Shown here piece by piece: positions 23,413 to 36,886 of a stretch of DNA of 64,000 bases. The translations under genes and the position numbers were made by a program. Location of the stretch: NCBI GenBank assembly GCA_000182565.2, contig KQ257451.1; one strand, given 5' to 3'. The notes under the pieces were generated by a model. The model was not told the origin of the DNA, made no database searches, and saw nothing but the letters and a program-made list of their open reading frames with translations. This DNA is from Spizellomyces punctatus DAOM BR117. Its lineage: Eukaryota. How positions within the stretch are numbered: position 1 is the stretch's first letter; each line of letters opens with the position of its first letter.

Positions 23413-26394
23413 ATGGTCCAAACACCCACATTCCAAAACCGCAAACCCCCCACCAAACCCAAACTCCCAAGTGAATCCATCCAAAGCCGGACCCGACGAC
23501 GACGGACATATCTGAGTGATTCCGATGTATCCAGTCTAAGTGATATTGACGTTTTTTGGGGTGACAGTGATGAGAGTGATGATGATACCCGTATATCGAA
23601 AGGAGAGGTACCAAAGAGCATTATACGGCCCTCAAAGCAGACTCATAAAAGGGATACCACTACATCGATACATACTCGTACACCCAAACGACGGAAATTA
23701 GGTTCAAATCCTACCCGCCCATCACTCAACAGCTCACCTCTAAAACAAGCGCCTGTACCGCACCCGCATGCACACAATGACACGCATCCGCCCGTGCCGG
23801 TAGTACCTTCCACACCCATCCCTACCATTATCCCAAATGGGATCCCACCCGCCCCTTCAACTTCCAACACTTGCGACACACCCAACACCGCCCATGTCAC
23901 GCAGAGTAAACCCAAACGTGTAAGATTAGGGCAAAAACCCGTTCCTGCTCTCCGAAATGCTGAAAATACGGTAGAACGCGACGTCAAGCGAGATGATATT
24001 ATCGGGCATTTGAAGGGCCGTGTTGGATCTGAAGCGACGTTGGGGAAGCAAAAGAAGATGGGTCGTGAGAAACTCAAGGTGGGATCAGATGGTGGTAGCC
24101 ACGGCGCGAATGGATCCAATAAGGGTGTTCTTGGGGATGATAAAGAGGGAGTAGTCAAGAATGTGGTGGATGAAGCGGCAGGGACTGCCAAGGATGACAA
24201 GGACGCATCGGTCAAATCTGGTCTGTCAAAGCGTGCCAAGGTGGTCGCGGTGGGTAATGAGAGCACAAGCGCGAAATCAGACGGTGTGATCCCCCCAAAG
24301 CGATCGAGGCGGAGTTTGGGCGTCAAGGAGGTTGAGCACGCCGCGCAGAATGGTACCAGCGTCACTTTGAATGGATGGCCCCTGTTGGTCCATGATAAAA
24401 CAGACCTGGATCTTCAAGTACAAGCATTTCCATGCAAGTCAGGCAAATACGGTCATTACGACCGCTGTCGACCCTGCCTCGCCAAAAAAGGGGAACCATG
24501 CCGTTTTCAAGGTATGCGGGCTTTTCGCATGAAAGACAAGACTCCCATCGAAGACCCGTACTTTTTCTCAGACAAGCCGATGGAAGATGTCAACGTTCCC
24601 TCCATACCCCACTCTGGAAACTTTCCACCATTGAGTGATGCAACAGCCTATAAACTGTGCTTGAGCTATACGGCATTTCGCGAATGCATTGACAGAGAGC
24701 TGGCCCACATCACAGCCTATGCGTCAGGCAACCGGACAACCGCGTCCCTTCACTGTATCAAACGCCCCATTCCGTTGACGAGGCAAACTTGTGATATCTG
24801 CGAGCAAGGAATATACAATACGTATTACATGTGCACTATCTGTGGGAGGGATATGTGCCTTTTATGCGTTGAAGAAGGGTGGGGTGTACCGAATGGGCAT
24901 GCATCCGAAGCGGTAACGAGCACGGTAGTCAAATCTTTCAAAGACACAGACAACAAACCGACAAGCGTCAAAAATCCAATAATGGTTTGCTCATTCAGAC
25001 GAACGCACGATATGCGTAATTTTCTGGTAATTAGTCGATGGGATATCGACCAGATGACTCGATCAAGGGATTGGGTCAAAGGATGGATGAATCAGCATGC
25101 GAATCGCAAATTGGGCATCAACGGGACAGCAGCACCCTCGAATGGAATTGACGCGCATTCGGATGAACACCTCAATGGGAAAGACAACCAGATGCCGAAC
25201 GGTACCACCCATATCCACTCGGCTGAAACTGCCAATATAAAGATGGACGACTCGTTTGACGTTGACAGCCTCATCAATGCACCCCACCCAGATCTAGTCA
25301 TTATCCCCTACGAACAGCTTACGGTCCCTCTCTTCCAACACTATTGGCGGCAGAGGAAAGCCATTTTTGTAACAGATATGGCAAATAGTGTAACGGACCA
25401 CTGGAAACCGCAAGTATTTGAGGATCTTGCTGGCGAGGAAATTGCTAGTCTTATTGACTGCAAGTCTGGTAAAATACACTCTGAGTCGCCGTTAGCTTCC
25501 TTTTTTAAAGGTTTTGGAAAGAGAGAAGGAGACGGAACCATTGTTAAGCTAAAGGTGTGACCATTTCGACTTGGGGTAGTGGAACCGAACACTTATTACT
25601 ATTGGAAACTGTTGTAGGACTGGCCAAGCGACATGCACTTTCGAGCAAAATTACCAAAACACTCTACCGATTTCCTTGATTTGATCCCTATACCAGAGTA
25701 CACTCACCCCGATGGAAAATTCAACCTTGTTTCCCATATTTCGGAAAACGATGTCCCACCGGATCTTGGTCCTAAAATGTATGCTGCCTATGGCTATAAT
25801 CCGGATCAGACGGGGGGTACCACGAATTTGCACCTTGATGTTGCGGATGCTGCCAATGTTTTGGTGTCGAGTCAACGACATTGGGTTCCGCCCAGTACCG
25901 AGCCCCCTACCACTGCTTGTACTTCCTCACCAGAAAACATTCCACCCCACAAACTCGAAGGCGCCATTTGGGATCTCTTCCCACCATCCACGCTTACCAA
26001 TCTCCGATCCTACCTCCGACACCACTACCGTCACCCCACCCACCCACACCCCCTCATGATCGACGACCCAATACACGATCAAACCTTTTATCTCCACCCC
26101 CCACATCTCCACGACCTAATCACCTCCCACTCTGTTCGACCCATCCGTCTGCACCAACGTCTAGGCGATACAGTATTCGTACCAGCAGGATTCGCCCACC
26201 AAGTCAGCAATTACGGTGATTGTATTAAATGTGCCTTGGATTTTGTCTCGGCGGAGGGTGTAGCTGTTTGTGAGGATTTGTGTAGAGAGTTTCGAAGACT
26301 TGGAAAAGGACATGGACGCAAAGGGGATACTGTTTCGGTTGGGAAAGTTGTTTGGGGGGTTGTGAGGAGTGCGTTGGGTGAAGCTGGTGGTTAG
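23413..26394 (+). CDS. JmjC histone demethylase, KDM3/JHDM2-like
   Basis: Zn finger CDICEQG...CTICGRDMCLLC, LKLK/DWP, PDLGPKMYAAYG, TTNLHLDVADA (HxD), GAIWDLF, DPIHDQ, PAGFAHQV (third Fe ligand). One intron near 25555-25617. Confidence 0.94.
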
Positions 26395-28137
26395 GAAATG
26401 GTTGTTTTGTGAGTGATTGTTGTAATGATGGGTTTGGGGGGACTTACGGAATTTTGAATTTCTGGGGTGTATATAGCGTCTTTTTGAAAGACTGCAAGAT
26501 TTTTATTATTTTTTTTTACGTGTGTTTTTGGGTACGGTGTTGAATGCTACTGTGCTAGAGTATCATCTTATTTTCAGGTTGAATAACTTTGTGGTAGATT
26601 TTCCATCTTATTGTCAGTACATGGATTTCGTTGAGATAATACTTGGGTTTTTTGACATGCCTATAATCATATGTATTTGACAGTAACAAAGATTTTGGGC
26701 AATTGACAAACATCTGATACATCTCATTCGAGCAGATCAACCGACAAGTGCCCCAAGGACACAGATTCATCGTAATTATACATCGCCGCAATTGACTGAC
26801 TTATTTGCATTGGACAGCTCCCCCAATTCACTCCGTGGCCTTTACAGATATGGCCCTCCTTCCTTTGTATGTTTCGGCTCACTTTTTACCGATACTCCGA
26901 CATGAGCAGCCAATCATTTCATATCTTAACACCCTCGACGAAGTTACAAAAAAAACAATACAATATCAACAAGGCCATGATCGAACTCATCCATGGCCAA
27001 AGAAAAAAAAAAAACAATTTCAATATGAATCTGAACACTCGCCGATCACTCCGACATTGCCTTCAGCCAATCAAAATGTTTGTTCATTAGGTGTGATCGG
27101 ATCCCCTTTCTTGATTATTCAATGGAACACTTTTTTTTTTTTTTTGCTCAATGTCTGCGGGCCTTAAGGGCTTGTGTTGTTTTTTTTGGCCCGAGGACGT
27201 CCCATTTTTTTTTAAAAAAAAAACCCTGAACAGCCGGTTTATATACCAAAGGCATTAGGTTTTGAGTACCGTGGCCGGAAAACGTGATGCCTTGTGAGTA
27301 AAGATTGGGACATTTGCCAAACTTTTTTGTCCATCATTTGGTACATGCACTAACTTTTTTGTAGGTTTCGTTGATGTGGTTTTGCATTGACGTTATGACA
27401 AATTGTTTTAGCACTTTTCTCTAATAATCTTATAAAGCACCTTGAAGAGACTTCTTATGCATGCCCTGGCTACTGACCCTCAAGATATAAGTGTCTCTCT
27501 TTTTACCTGACTCGCGGACTGATGACCTTTTGAATGCCATGGTCAACGTATTCAAACCTGTTGGTGCCTCTATCTTTCAACCCTCTGTATTTCAAAGTAA
27601 TGATTGCTAAGGCTACCCTCAAAAAAAGCCAACGATGAACAATACCAAAGGTACATGTTCGACCAACCATCCGTGCCAGGCCCGGGACTAGCTACGTAGA
27701 AAGCTTGTACATTCTTGCAACTACTGGGTGTCCCCCTTTCTATCATTGGCGCAATGAGCAAACTGTTTGGCCATGATCCTCAAAAAAGCGAGAAAGGCGG
27801 GTCTAACTGATCCTCAAAAATCAGAAATCACAGAACGTAGGCCCGGGCGTGCAGGTAATAATCCATGTCGAAAAAAAAGTCAGCTCTCCACCCCCACTCA
27901 TTCCTATGATGAATTCCCGTTTTTTTACATACAGTACATCTATAGAGCTATATTCATATTGAAACCCCGACGTCTAATAGGAAGTTTTTTTTATAAAGGC
28001 CAGCCTGTAAGTCATTTCCCTTTTTCCTCCTTGTCCTGGGACGTTCACCTATTTTCAACACACAACTAATTAACCAACTTATTCTCCATCACCTATTTTT
28101 TTGCTTCGACCGCCGTCGCTATTATTATTTGACATCC

Positions 28138-31100
28138 ATGGAATTCTTTCCGATTCTCCCTCCTCTTCCTTTCTTCATGCCCATTTCTTGGGATTTCACC
28201 AGCATGCGCACTCCGACGCTCCCGCATGCTGTTCGCAGCGCTACCGTCGTTCCGGCTGCCACCATTGCATCTCTCGATCACCAATTCAGAGGTCAGATGG
28301 ATCTTCAAGCCAAGGGAACCGTCCCCGGTCAGCTCCGCGACAAAGGGAAAACGCCCGTTCATGTCTCAAAGGTGAGTATCTGTGTCGGGGTGTCATATCT
28401 TACTGGCTTTTGATATGCTATTGGCTGTCGCCGATCTAACATGGGCCCAGAGGGCTATATGAGCGGAGTCTACTGACAAATTTGTTATCGAGATGTGAGC
28501 GCTGGCAGAGTTTGTTTGGCATTTCTAGTCCTACTGTCGTAGGCAGGGTACTCTACAATGGCATGGCTGTCGCCGGTTAGTGCATATGAGAGTTGGTCCT
28601 GATATCAGACATGAGCTTGTGTGCCTGTCGGCGATTTGAGATCCCACCGAGCTCGGGTTGTGACATTGAGACCATGATGGGCTGTCGCCGATATACTACT
28701 ACAGCTGGGACTTTGCTTCAAATGTCTCCTGTCGGAGCTTTAAAAAGTTTGATGTTCTGATCTGCCGGTCAGCTTTTGAGTACTCAGGCTGGCGGGGGCC
28801 GGGCTGGTACTATGATGTTCATCACTGCCGTGATGGCGGTATTGATAGCCGAGCACGGGATGCCGAGCATCTACTGCTATAATGTCTGTTCTTCTGTGAG
28901 TTTTTTTCTAGTCATCTCGTTGTGCATTAGTCTGATCTGAGATTGGGAGCTGTCGCTCTAACAACTCTCATGGGACTGGCTTCTTGATGTGTTCGAGACT
29001 GACGGGAGGGCCACTTTGGTGGTTGTCGCAAACAACTCATTCTTGTTCTTCCGTTTGTGTCAAGCAGTCTACCGAAAGTCTCGCCTCACGGGTTAGTGTC
29101 AGGGAAGAGATCTCACGGATGAACGCTGCAATGCAGAACAAGCAAGAAGAAGTTGCTCGCAGCCGCAAGTCTAGTACTGAGGTTTGTATGAACGCCAAGC
29201 GTCTTCCTACTTTCATAGATACTAAACTTGTTCTCCCTTCCCTCCTATGTACAGAGCACCACAAGCGCCTCAGGGATTCGTCGAGCGGCGACGGTGGCAA
29301 GAGCCCCTTTGGCTCCTCAGACGGCTACCCTCTTGGCGAGTATCGACACCGCAGCCGACGCCGAGCGAGTTCTTCGGACGGCAATTGCAAACCATGACGC
29401 TGTCCAAGCCGCCATCAGGGACGCCACTGTATCGGTCGATGCCGAACGCCGCGCTGAGGTCCGGCGACGCAAGGAACAAGACGAGCGATGGGAACGCATG
29501 CGGGCAGCTCTCGCAAGAGGCGAGATGGGTCCCGCTCCACCTGGAGAAAGAGACATCCGCATGATCATGGCGGATCGAAAAAAGATCGATGCCCTCCATG
29601 CCAAGAGGAGGCGGACAGCAATGTCCAAAGTTAGACAAGACAACGAGATGAGGTTGTCCAACATTAAGGCTAGTCTCCAAGGCCTGGAGCCCCTCCTAGC
29701 TGGGTCAAACCAGGAGTGGGCCGACTTGACGCAGCGTTTCCATCGGGTAAGTTGACATGGAACCTTCCCTCTCGGATTCGACGGACCACAGCTTCTCATT
29801 ACCAACTTCTCCTCTTAGACGATGGAACTTTTGAACGAGGTGGACGATGTTCCCCTCGGCACGGAGGGCTCAATGTCCAGCCTTTCATCGGGAGATGAAA
29901 GCGTTGAAGAGAGGGACGAGCAGCACAGGCCCCCAAGTCCACAGAGCCCTCCACTTGCACCCACCACAGCGGACTCGGTCGAGACCCTCCAGATCGAAGT
30001 CGTCCAGCCCGCTCCCCCTTCGCCCCCCACCAAGCCAACCATCCCGGACCTCCCCACCCTTCCAGCAGAGCCGTTCGAGCCTTTCGGGCCGTTCGAGCCC
30101 GCTCAAGCGGCAGAGCCGTCCCAACTGTCGCTCTCCTCGGAGGTGTTCCTTGCTCCGGAGGTTCCCCCGTCTCCGCCCTCCATCCCCGCGGAACCGGCCG
30201 CTACCTTAGGGACGCCCCTCGAATTCCAACCGTCCCTCCCCTCCGACCTATCCCTGTCCCTCCCCGCGGTGCAGTCGGAGACCCTCTCAGAGGACGCCTC
30301 CACATCCTTCCCCACCCTCCCCTCCCTCAACTCCCAGGCCTCCCAACCCTCCCTCTCTGGCCAACCCATCCACACCAGCCCTCAACCTCCCACTGACGTC
30401 CACACGGATGTAGTCAAGAAGGAGCTGATGTCGCTCATTGAGGACCATCCATACGTCATGAGCGCGTCGGTCCTCTACTCCAAGCTGCATCCGTCGCAGT
30501 CGAGGTTGAAGCGCATCTGGCGAGATATCAAGCCTCGCCCATCCCCGCCGGACATTTACGGGGATCAAAAGAAAAGGGCCGCCAACAAGAGTATGTACAA
30601 TGCTTGCAACTGTTGTGGTCCATGTGAATATCATGCTGACGTTGATTGCTCTCTTCTTCCCTTCCCTTATCATATCTTGCAATGCCATGTTCCATCACTC
30701 TAGACCCGCCGCGGTACTACGGCGCCTCCCTTGAGGAAATGATGGGCGGGCCAGACCCCGGATCCTCCATGCAGACCATCACCAGGGATCGGATGCCAGC
30801 TATCATGGTGCAGCTCATTGAGTGGTTGCGCGCCGGAGGTCTGTATCTGCATCCCGGTTAACCAATCAATCACATATGCTTACTTCCGGTTTTCTTCCTC
30901 TTTATAGAGCCGCCAGGAATTGCCTCTGACGGCATTTTCCGAATGGGCATCGGCAAGCTCAAGGTCGAGGGGTACCGCGACATTATTGAGAGTGGTGGCC
31001 AGCTCCCTTACATCCCCACTCCGGACCCCAGAAAGGAGCCGCTCACTGCGCTCCATATCGGAGGACTGCTCAAGATGTTCTTCCGAGATCTCAAAGAGCC

Positions 31101-31694
31101 GCTCTTGACCCACCGGCTCTACAAACCGTTCATCAAGGCCGCTGGTAGGTATCAGCAATATTGTCTCGTCTCTTTGTTACAGTCACCTAATGGGTGCGTT
31201 ATTTACAAAGGCTTCACCGATCATGAGAAGCGGCTTCGGATGCTGCAGCTCCTTGTGCAGCTCCTTCCCGCAGAACACCAAGCCGTGCTACAATACTTGC
31301 TCGGCTTCCTCGCGGATGTCGTCGCACTGTCCGGGGTCAACAGGATGACCTCAAAGAATGTAGCCACATGCTTCGGCCCCAACATTCTCCGGGAAAAATA
31401 CTACCGGAAGCCAACGGAGGAGGATGTCAAGGAGCACTACGACCTGGTCGAAGTGGTGTCCTTCATGATAGACAACCATGCGGACCTGTGGCAGGTAAAT
31501 ATCGTGTGCGGGTTTTGAAACCCAGTTGCGAATTGCCTCGGCTGACAAATTCCTTCTCATTCTACCAGGTGCCCGAGGACGTTCAGGCCAAGTTGCAGGT
31601 CGCGGCCACCGTGGCGCCATCCCAGCCCACCTCAGAGAAGACCAAGACCAACCTCATGTCGAGGTTCATACCCCGCCGCCGGAGGTCGGCTTGA
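28138..31694 (+). CDS. RhoGAP with a long N-terminal coiled-coil and Pro-rich region
   Basis: YYGASLEE, GIFR (arginine finger), GLLKMFFRDLKEPLL, NRMTSKNVATCFGPNIL. In-phase GT-AG joins link exon 28138-28371 across a ~700-nt intron to 29068 and onward. The 5' exon assignment is less certain than the GAP domain. Confidence 0.85.
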
Positions 31695-31865
31695 ACTCTC
31701 TCCAAGCCCAAGTTTCTTTTAATTGTTTTATATTATTTTTATATTGTTTTAATAGAGCGGGATGTATTAAGCTTGAAGTGTGAACCCTGACCTGCATTCA
31801 AACTGCCCACCGGGGTATGTTTTCTATATTTACAGGTGCATCTACAATACCTGATGGTCCGTCCG

Positions 31866-32828
31866 TCAGTCACAGTTGTTCATCACAATCCTCGGGAATA
31901 ATCGTCGGGCATTGTATGTTGTCACTTCTTGTACCATGTCCACTGTGACCTCCTTTATATTTGCCTGGCATATGCAGGTAGAAGGAAACAAGAAATAAGA
32001 TGCCGCCCGGACAAGGGAAGCTTATCCTACCGAGTACTGAGGAGCTTACCAATGTCTCGCAAGCTATCGTTATGTTGGCAGGGACATTCTGCATTCCTGG
32101 CTCAGGTGCGAGAGCTGGTGCGTCCGTCTCCAGGACGAGAGCATCGAGAGGCAGTGCCTAGACGCCCATCAGCCATCCTAGATCGGCCATCAATATGGCA
32201 AACATAACGCTACCTTGACCAACTTTTGCAAGTGCGGGTTACGTCCTATGTGAGCAGCTACTGATAGCATGCATCCATTCTGCACTGCTTTAAGCGCACT
32301 CCCAACTTTTCCATCAAAAGCATGTAACAAGCCTGTCACTCCAGCCTCGACCATCATATCCACAGCATAGTGCCCGGCTTGTCGTGAATGGACATTTAAT
32401 GGAATATTCAGCTCTTTAGCCAGTCTTATCTGGGCTGCAAAAACCTGCTTTTGCGCATCCCGCTGGGCAGGAATGTCTCCCGACGGTATGGTTCGGAAGA
32501 CATGGGGCGAAAAATCGAGACCACATTCGCCAATAGCGACGATACGATCTGAGTACCGCTGTATCAGATCAAGCACAGGTTGTACTTCATCTGCCCGCAC
32601 CGACCGAGGGTTACCATTCGCTGACGGTTGAACGGGATGCAACCCAACGCACGGCTGGAGAATCTTGTGCGTCGCTGCTAACTCGAGCACGATCTTGGCA
32701 TCCTCAAGTGTCTCTGGCACATTGATAATAGAGGTAACGCCAGCTGTTTCAGCTCTTTGCAGCACAGAATGAAGCGTGTCGGATGGAAACTGTGGAGGGT
32801 AGAGATGTGCATGGCAATCAATGAGCAT
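31866..32828 (-). CDS. TatD-family DNase (TATDN3-like)
   Basis: MLIDCHAH, GLHP, AIGECGLD, NVHSR, LHAF, LETDAP, NARRLF across three exons. Confidence 0.93.
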
Positions 32829-32984
32829 CTTGAACTCAGGATTTGTCACGAGATTTCACACCTTAGAGTCAAATCAAATAAATATTCGAATACAATACTC
32901 CAAAAATCTTCTACCTAACTAAATGCCTGTCATGACGCAGATCTAATGAATCCTATACAGCTTATCGTATTACATGCTCAAGTT

Positions 32985-34123
32985 TCATCTATTCCGCCAT
33001 TCACCACGGAAACCACGGGAATGATGCCGTCCCCGCGAACCATCGTATTGCGGGAACACATTCCTATCATCTGAATAACTTGTAAAGCTTGATGTCCCAG
33101 AGTCATCCCGTCGATGATGGGTCCAAAAGGTATCGCCTCGCCCACCACGTGAGTAAAACCGGTCAGAGTACCGCCCGCGCGTCCCCTGTTCCGTCCTACT
33201 CCAAGATGCAGTCGAATAAGGTGACCCTCGTGATGGGCGACCTCTGGATGTGAATTGGGGTTGCGCATAATATCGCTCTATATGTACGCTAAGAGTCGTC
33301 ACTTCAATGATCTGCTCTTCAGTGAGGATCGCCAGAACACGAAGTCTTTCAGCAATCTCGAGACTGGCCTGCTGGCGTCCTTCTTCTCTTGCCTGAGCCA
33401 TAGCCATGTCTCGAGGAGAGTCTCTGCGACTACCCGGTCGCTCTGAGGCCAAGATGGCATCTACGGTAAAGTCATCTTCCCAACGCTCCACCATGCGCTG
33501 AATGGCTTCTGCTGAAACCCCATGCGTATTCCGTTGGGCAAGTTCTGTCACATTCTTCTCCTTCCACCACGGCGTTTCGGGCTCAACCACAACAATAGAG
33601 TATCCCTGCTTGAGTCCCATCTCAACATATGGTTTGGCCTCCCATTTTTGCGTGTGCGTATTGTCAATGATGATTGGCGACATTCTGGAAGAAATAGCAT
33701 CTCGTGCTCGTTCCTGATTCCATTCGTGTGCCTCGGCCAGTTTGGCCGCATTGAACTCGTAGTTACCCGTGTCAATACAGAAAAAGTCGTCCGTACTCAG
33801 GATACAGCCTTTGTTGCCGTGCTTGACGAGAAGGTCCCGGGCCACTGTTGACTTACCGGAACCCGGAGCACCTTTTCAATTCCAGACTGGTGTGAGAAAA
33901 AGCAGGCAACATATATATTGTTTGTTTCGTGCGTACCTCGCATTATGTACATCAACTTTTCTTTCGGCTCAGCGTCAACTGGTGTCCCTCCAACAGGCGC
34001 AGACTGAGGATCCGAGAATGGTGGTAATGGACCGTCGGACGCAACACTGTTTTCCTCCCGAAGCACTTGTTTCCCTTCCCATATTGGTCGCTCTGTGTCT
34101 GTTGTATGCATACATTGATTCAT
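32985..34123 (-). CDS. NEDD4-binding protein 2-like P-loop (AAA_33) kinase with RGG-rich tail; start codon uncertain
   Basis: LMYIMRG/APGSGKST across an intron, LSTDDFF, AHEWNQ, IIIDNT, WEAKPYV, RNTHGV. Confidence 0.88.
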
Positions 34124-34856
34124 TTGAGCAAGATCTCTCGTTTGCTGGAACGGGAGCAGAGGACGACAAGGCTTGAGCAAGTTAACCAGTTCATGTGTTG
34201 GAATGCAATCCAAGCCCTGTCGATCCTAGCTTTGCCATCCAGCTGCTTCTGCAATCAATCACTAGAAGAAGTTCTATTGGTTTTGATATTACCATCTTTC
34301 GCAACTGGATTCTTATCAACACGGCGAAATAATCGTCATTTTTTAAAGGAGTTTTTTGATACTCAAGAAATGCATCTGCCGCTATTGTATGGCATCCTTG
34401 GATTGGGGGATCGCATCCTCTCGTCGGCGAGTCGCCTCACGACAACTTCAAGGGACGCAACGAATGCACCCGCAATGGGCACTTTCGCCTGCGAGTACGT
34501 CACCTTTCCACCCACTGGGACCTTTTGGAAATTAGAAATCTGATGAAAAACCAGATGTGTTCCTTCGTCAAGCTCAAGGAAACCTCAAGCCATAATGTGC
34601 TTTATCTATTTCAATGCCGTGACTCTCACATCCAGGAGGAAATCGGATAAAACAGAGGTGGTTGGAACCTGGTTTATTATCAACGCGGCGCGCCGCGGCG
34701 ACATTAACCTTGACATCTCGGCGTCGACGATAGTCATCCGTTGTCTGCTCTCAATGTATGGCCCTCTAGCCGACTTTCAAAATTTGTAGATACTCTATCT
34801 CGCGCTTTGTTTGACGTGGTTGGCTTGTTGCGAGCTTAGAGCCGCGCTGGACACAA

Positions 34857-36669
34857 ATGTTTTCCGGGCTCACATCTTCGCCTGGTCCGCAATTGGATGA
34901 CAACGCACTCCGAGAGTTGGTACAAAACCAAATTATCAGAGAAGCGGGTATGTATATCTGGCTAGACAAGTTCGCTTTTTGTGCATGACTCATTCTTGTG
35001 TTTTATGCACAAGGTGTGGACTTTGAAAGCCGACCGATCCTTGTCGTTTACTCTTGCTATCTACCGAATCCCAAAAATGCAAACTATGATACGTTGCTTA
35101 GGTGAGGGACCATCTGGTGCTCATTGTGATGCGAAAAGTTTTTCATGTGAGCCACGCCTTTATTCCTTAGCCTCCTCCTTCAACGCCTGGACCAGTTTGT
35201 AGAGAACGATTATGTAATAGTCCTATTCTCTGCTGGGACTCAGTATCAACCATCCTGGACATGGATGTTTAAGGCTTATGCAAGTCTTGGAAGAAAGTAA
35301 GTGCATAATGGATCTCAATCAATAGTAGATCTCGCTATGTTGGTATTGACCATTTCTGGCGACTGGTCTAATGTCTTGGATCTTTGGCAGGTATCGAAAG
35401 AATTTGAAGAACCTGTACATAGTTCACCCTTCTCTTTGGCCAAAACTCATCATGCAAACAATGGGAGCTGTGGTGAGGTCATTATCATAACCTGGCGAAG
35501 ATCTGTGTGATACGCACAATGGTCGGAGAGCAATATAAGGCTAACTCTTGAATGGTCACTTTTCAGCCCTAAATTTTCACGAAAGGTCGTTTGGGTATAC
35601 AATCTATCCAAGCTGGGAATGGTTCTCCCTCTAAAGCAGCTCTTTATCCCGGATGTTGTATATCAGTATGTGTTGTCATCAAAGCCTTGCGGTAAACGTA
35701 TTTCGGTTTAACCAGTCCGCATCATAGAGTCGATATCAAGTATTCCGGTGGTTTCAGCAATTCACCGACGGCAACGATACCTAGCCCAACGTCAGAGTCT
35801 AAAAGCAAAGTTTTTGGAGCGAGGTTGGAGGATATCATGGGTGAGAACGGCGAAAAAGGGGTGCCCCGCGTAATACGGGATTGCATCAGATTCATTTTGG
35901 TAAACGGTGAGTGACATGCGTAGTGTATTCCTAGCGTATTGAAATTGACACTGCTGAGGGTACCCAGGTATTCATGTCGAAGGAATCTTCCGACGGTCAC
36001 CGTCTTCCAAATTGCTGCAAGATGCCAAGGCAGCGTACGATAGAAATGACGAACACATAGATTTGGAAGCGTTCGGAGGGGTACATCTTGCCTGTGTCCT
36101 TTTGAAAACTTTTTTCCGCGACCTTCCGGAACCGGTGTTTCCAAGTAGCATTTACGATGTCATCCGAGGTATCACAGGTGAGTCAGTCCAATGCGCAAAC
36201 CTGCAGCTAGTTCATGCACAGTAACCGGATACCCACAGCCTGTCAATCCGAGAAGGAACAACTCGAATACATCAAGAATGCGATCCTCCCGCTACTACCT
36301 TACCCCACCTATATGATTCTGCGAGCTACCCTCCGTCTTCTGCATCAGGTGCAGCTTCACGCATCTGAAAACCTCATGACAGCGAGCAACCTTACCATCG
36401 TTTGGTCTCCAAACCTTGTTAAAAGCGATAACCCCCTTGCGGACTTTAATATCTGCGGAATGGGAGCTCAGGGGGGTGGAGGGGGAACCATGCTGAAGCT
36501 GTGCATTGAGCGTTTTGTAGAGGTATTCGAGGGGGAGGAGCCTTGGGAGGTCGTTACGGGTACACAATCGGAGGGGACTGAGGATGATGGTGTGGCATCA
36601 GTCGTAAACACGCTGCAGAATTCACAGGTGTCAATTAGTGGTGACGGAGGTGAGAAGAGGTCGGAATAG
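34857..36669 (+). CDS. BCH (CRAL-TRIO-like) plus RhoGAP protein, p50RhoGAP/ARHGAP1-like
   Basis: Spliced reading gives GVDFESRPILVVYSC, LDQFVENDYVIVLF, YRKNLKNLYIVHP, SPKFSRK (BCH), then VFGARLE, EGIFRRS, LKTFFRDLPEP, NLMTASNLTIVWSPNL (GAP). Confidence 0.92.
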
Positions 36670-36886
36670 CGTTTTGGGGTAGGCGTAAGCGCGGAGTTTT
36701 GCCGTTATATTGTACAGTATTACTTGCATGTCACTTATTTTGAAGGTTCTAGCCAAATTACACAGACATTTTCTGTCCACCTGCACGAATGCTCTCATGA
36801 ATGTCTGGGGACATGCTGCAATATCACTTTGAACCTAGAGAACATTTTCACGAAGCCTTGGATTTGGAGATCTGATATCGTGTTTA

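Noticed and set aside
23643-24365. Long antisense ORFs (also 38073-38693, 59065-59631, 7899-8708)
   Set aside because: They overlap well-supported genes on the opposite strand and are explained by codon bias.
28423-28690. CRISPR-like array from the repeated GGCTGTCGCCG
   Set aside because: Repeats are only 11 nt, spacing is 142 and 115 nt, the context is a eukaryotic intron, and there are no cas genes.
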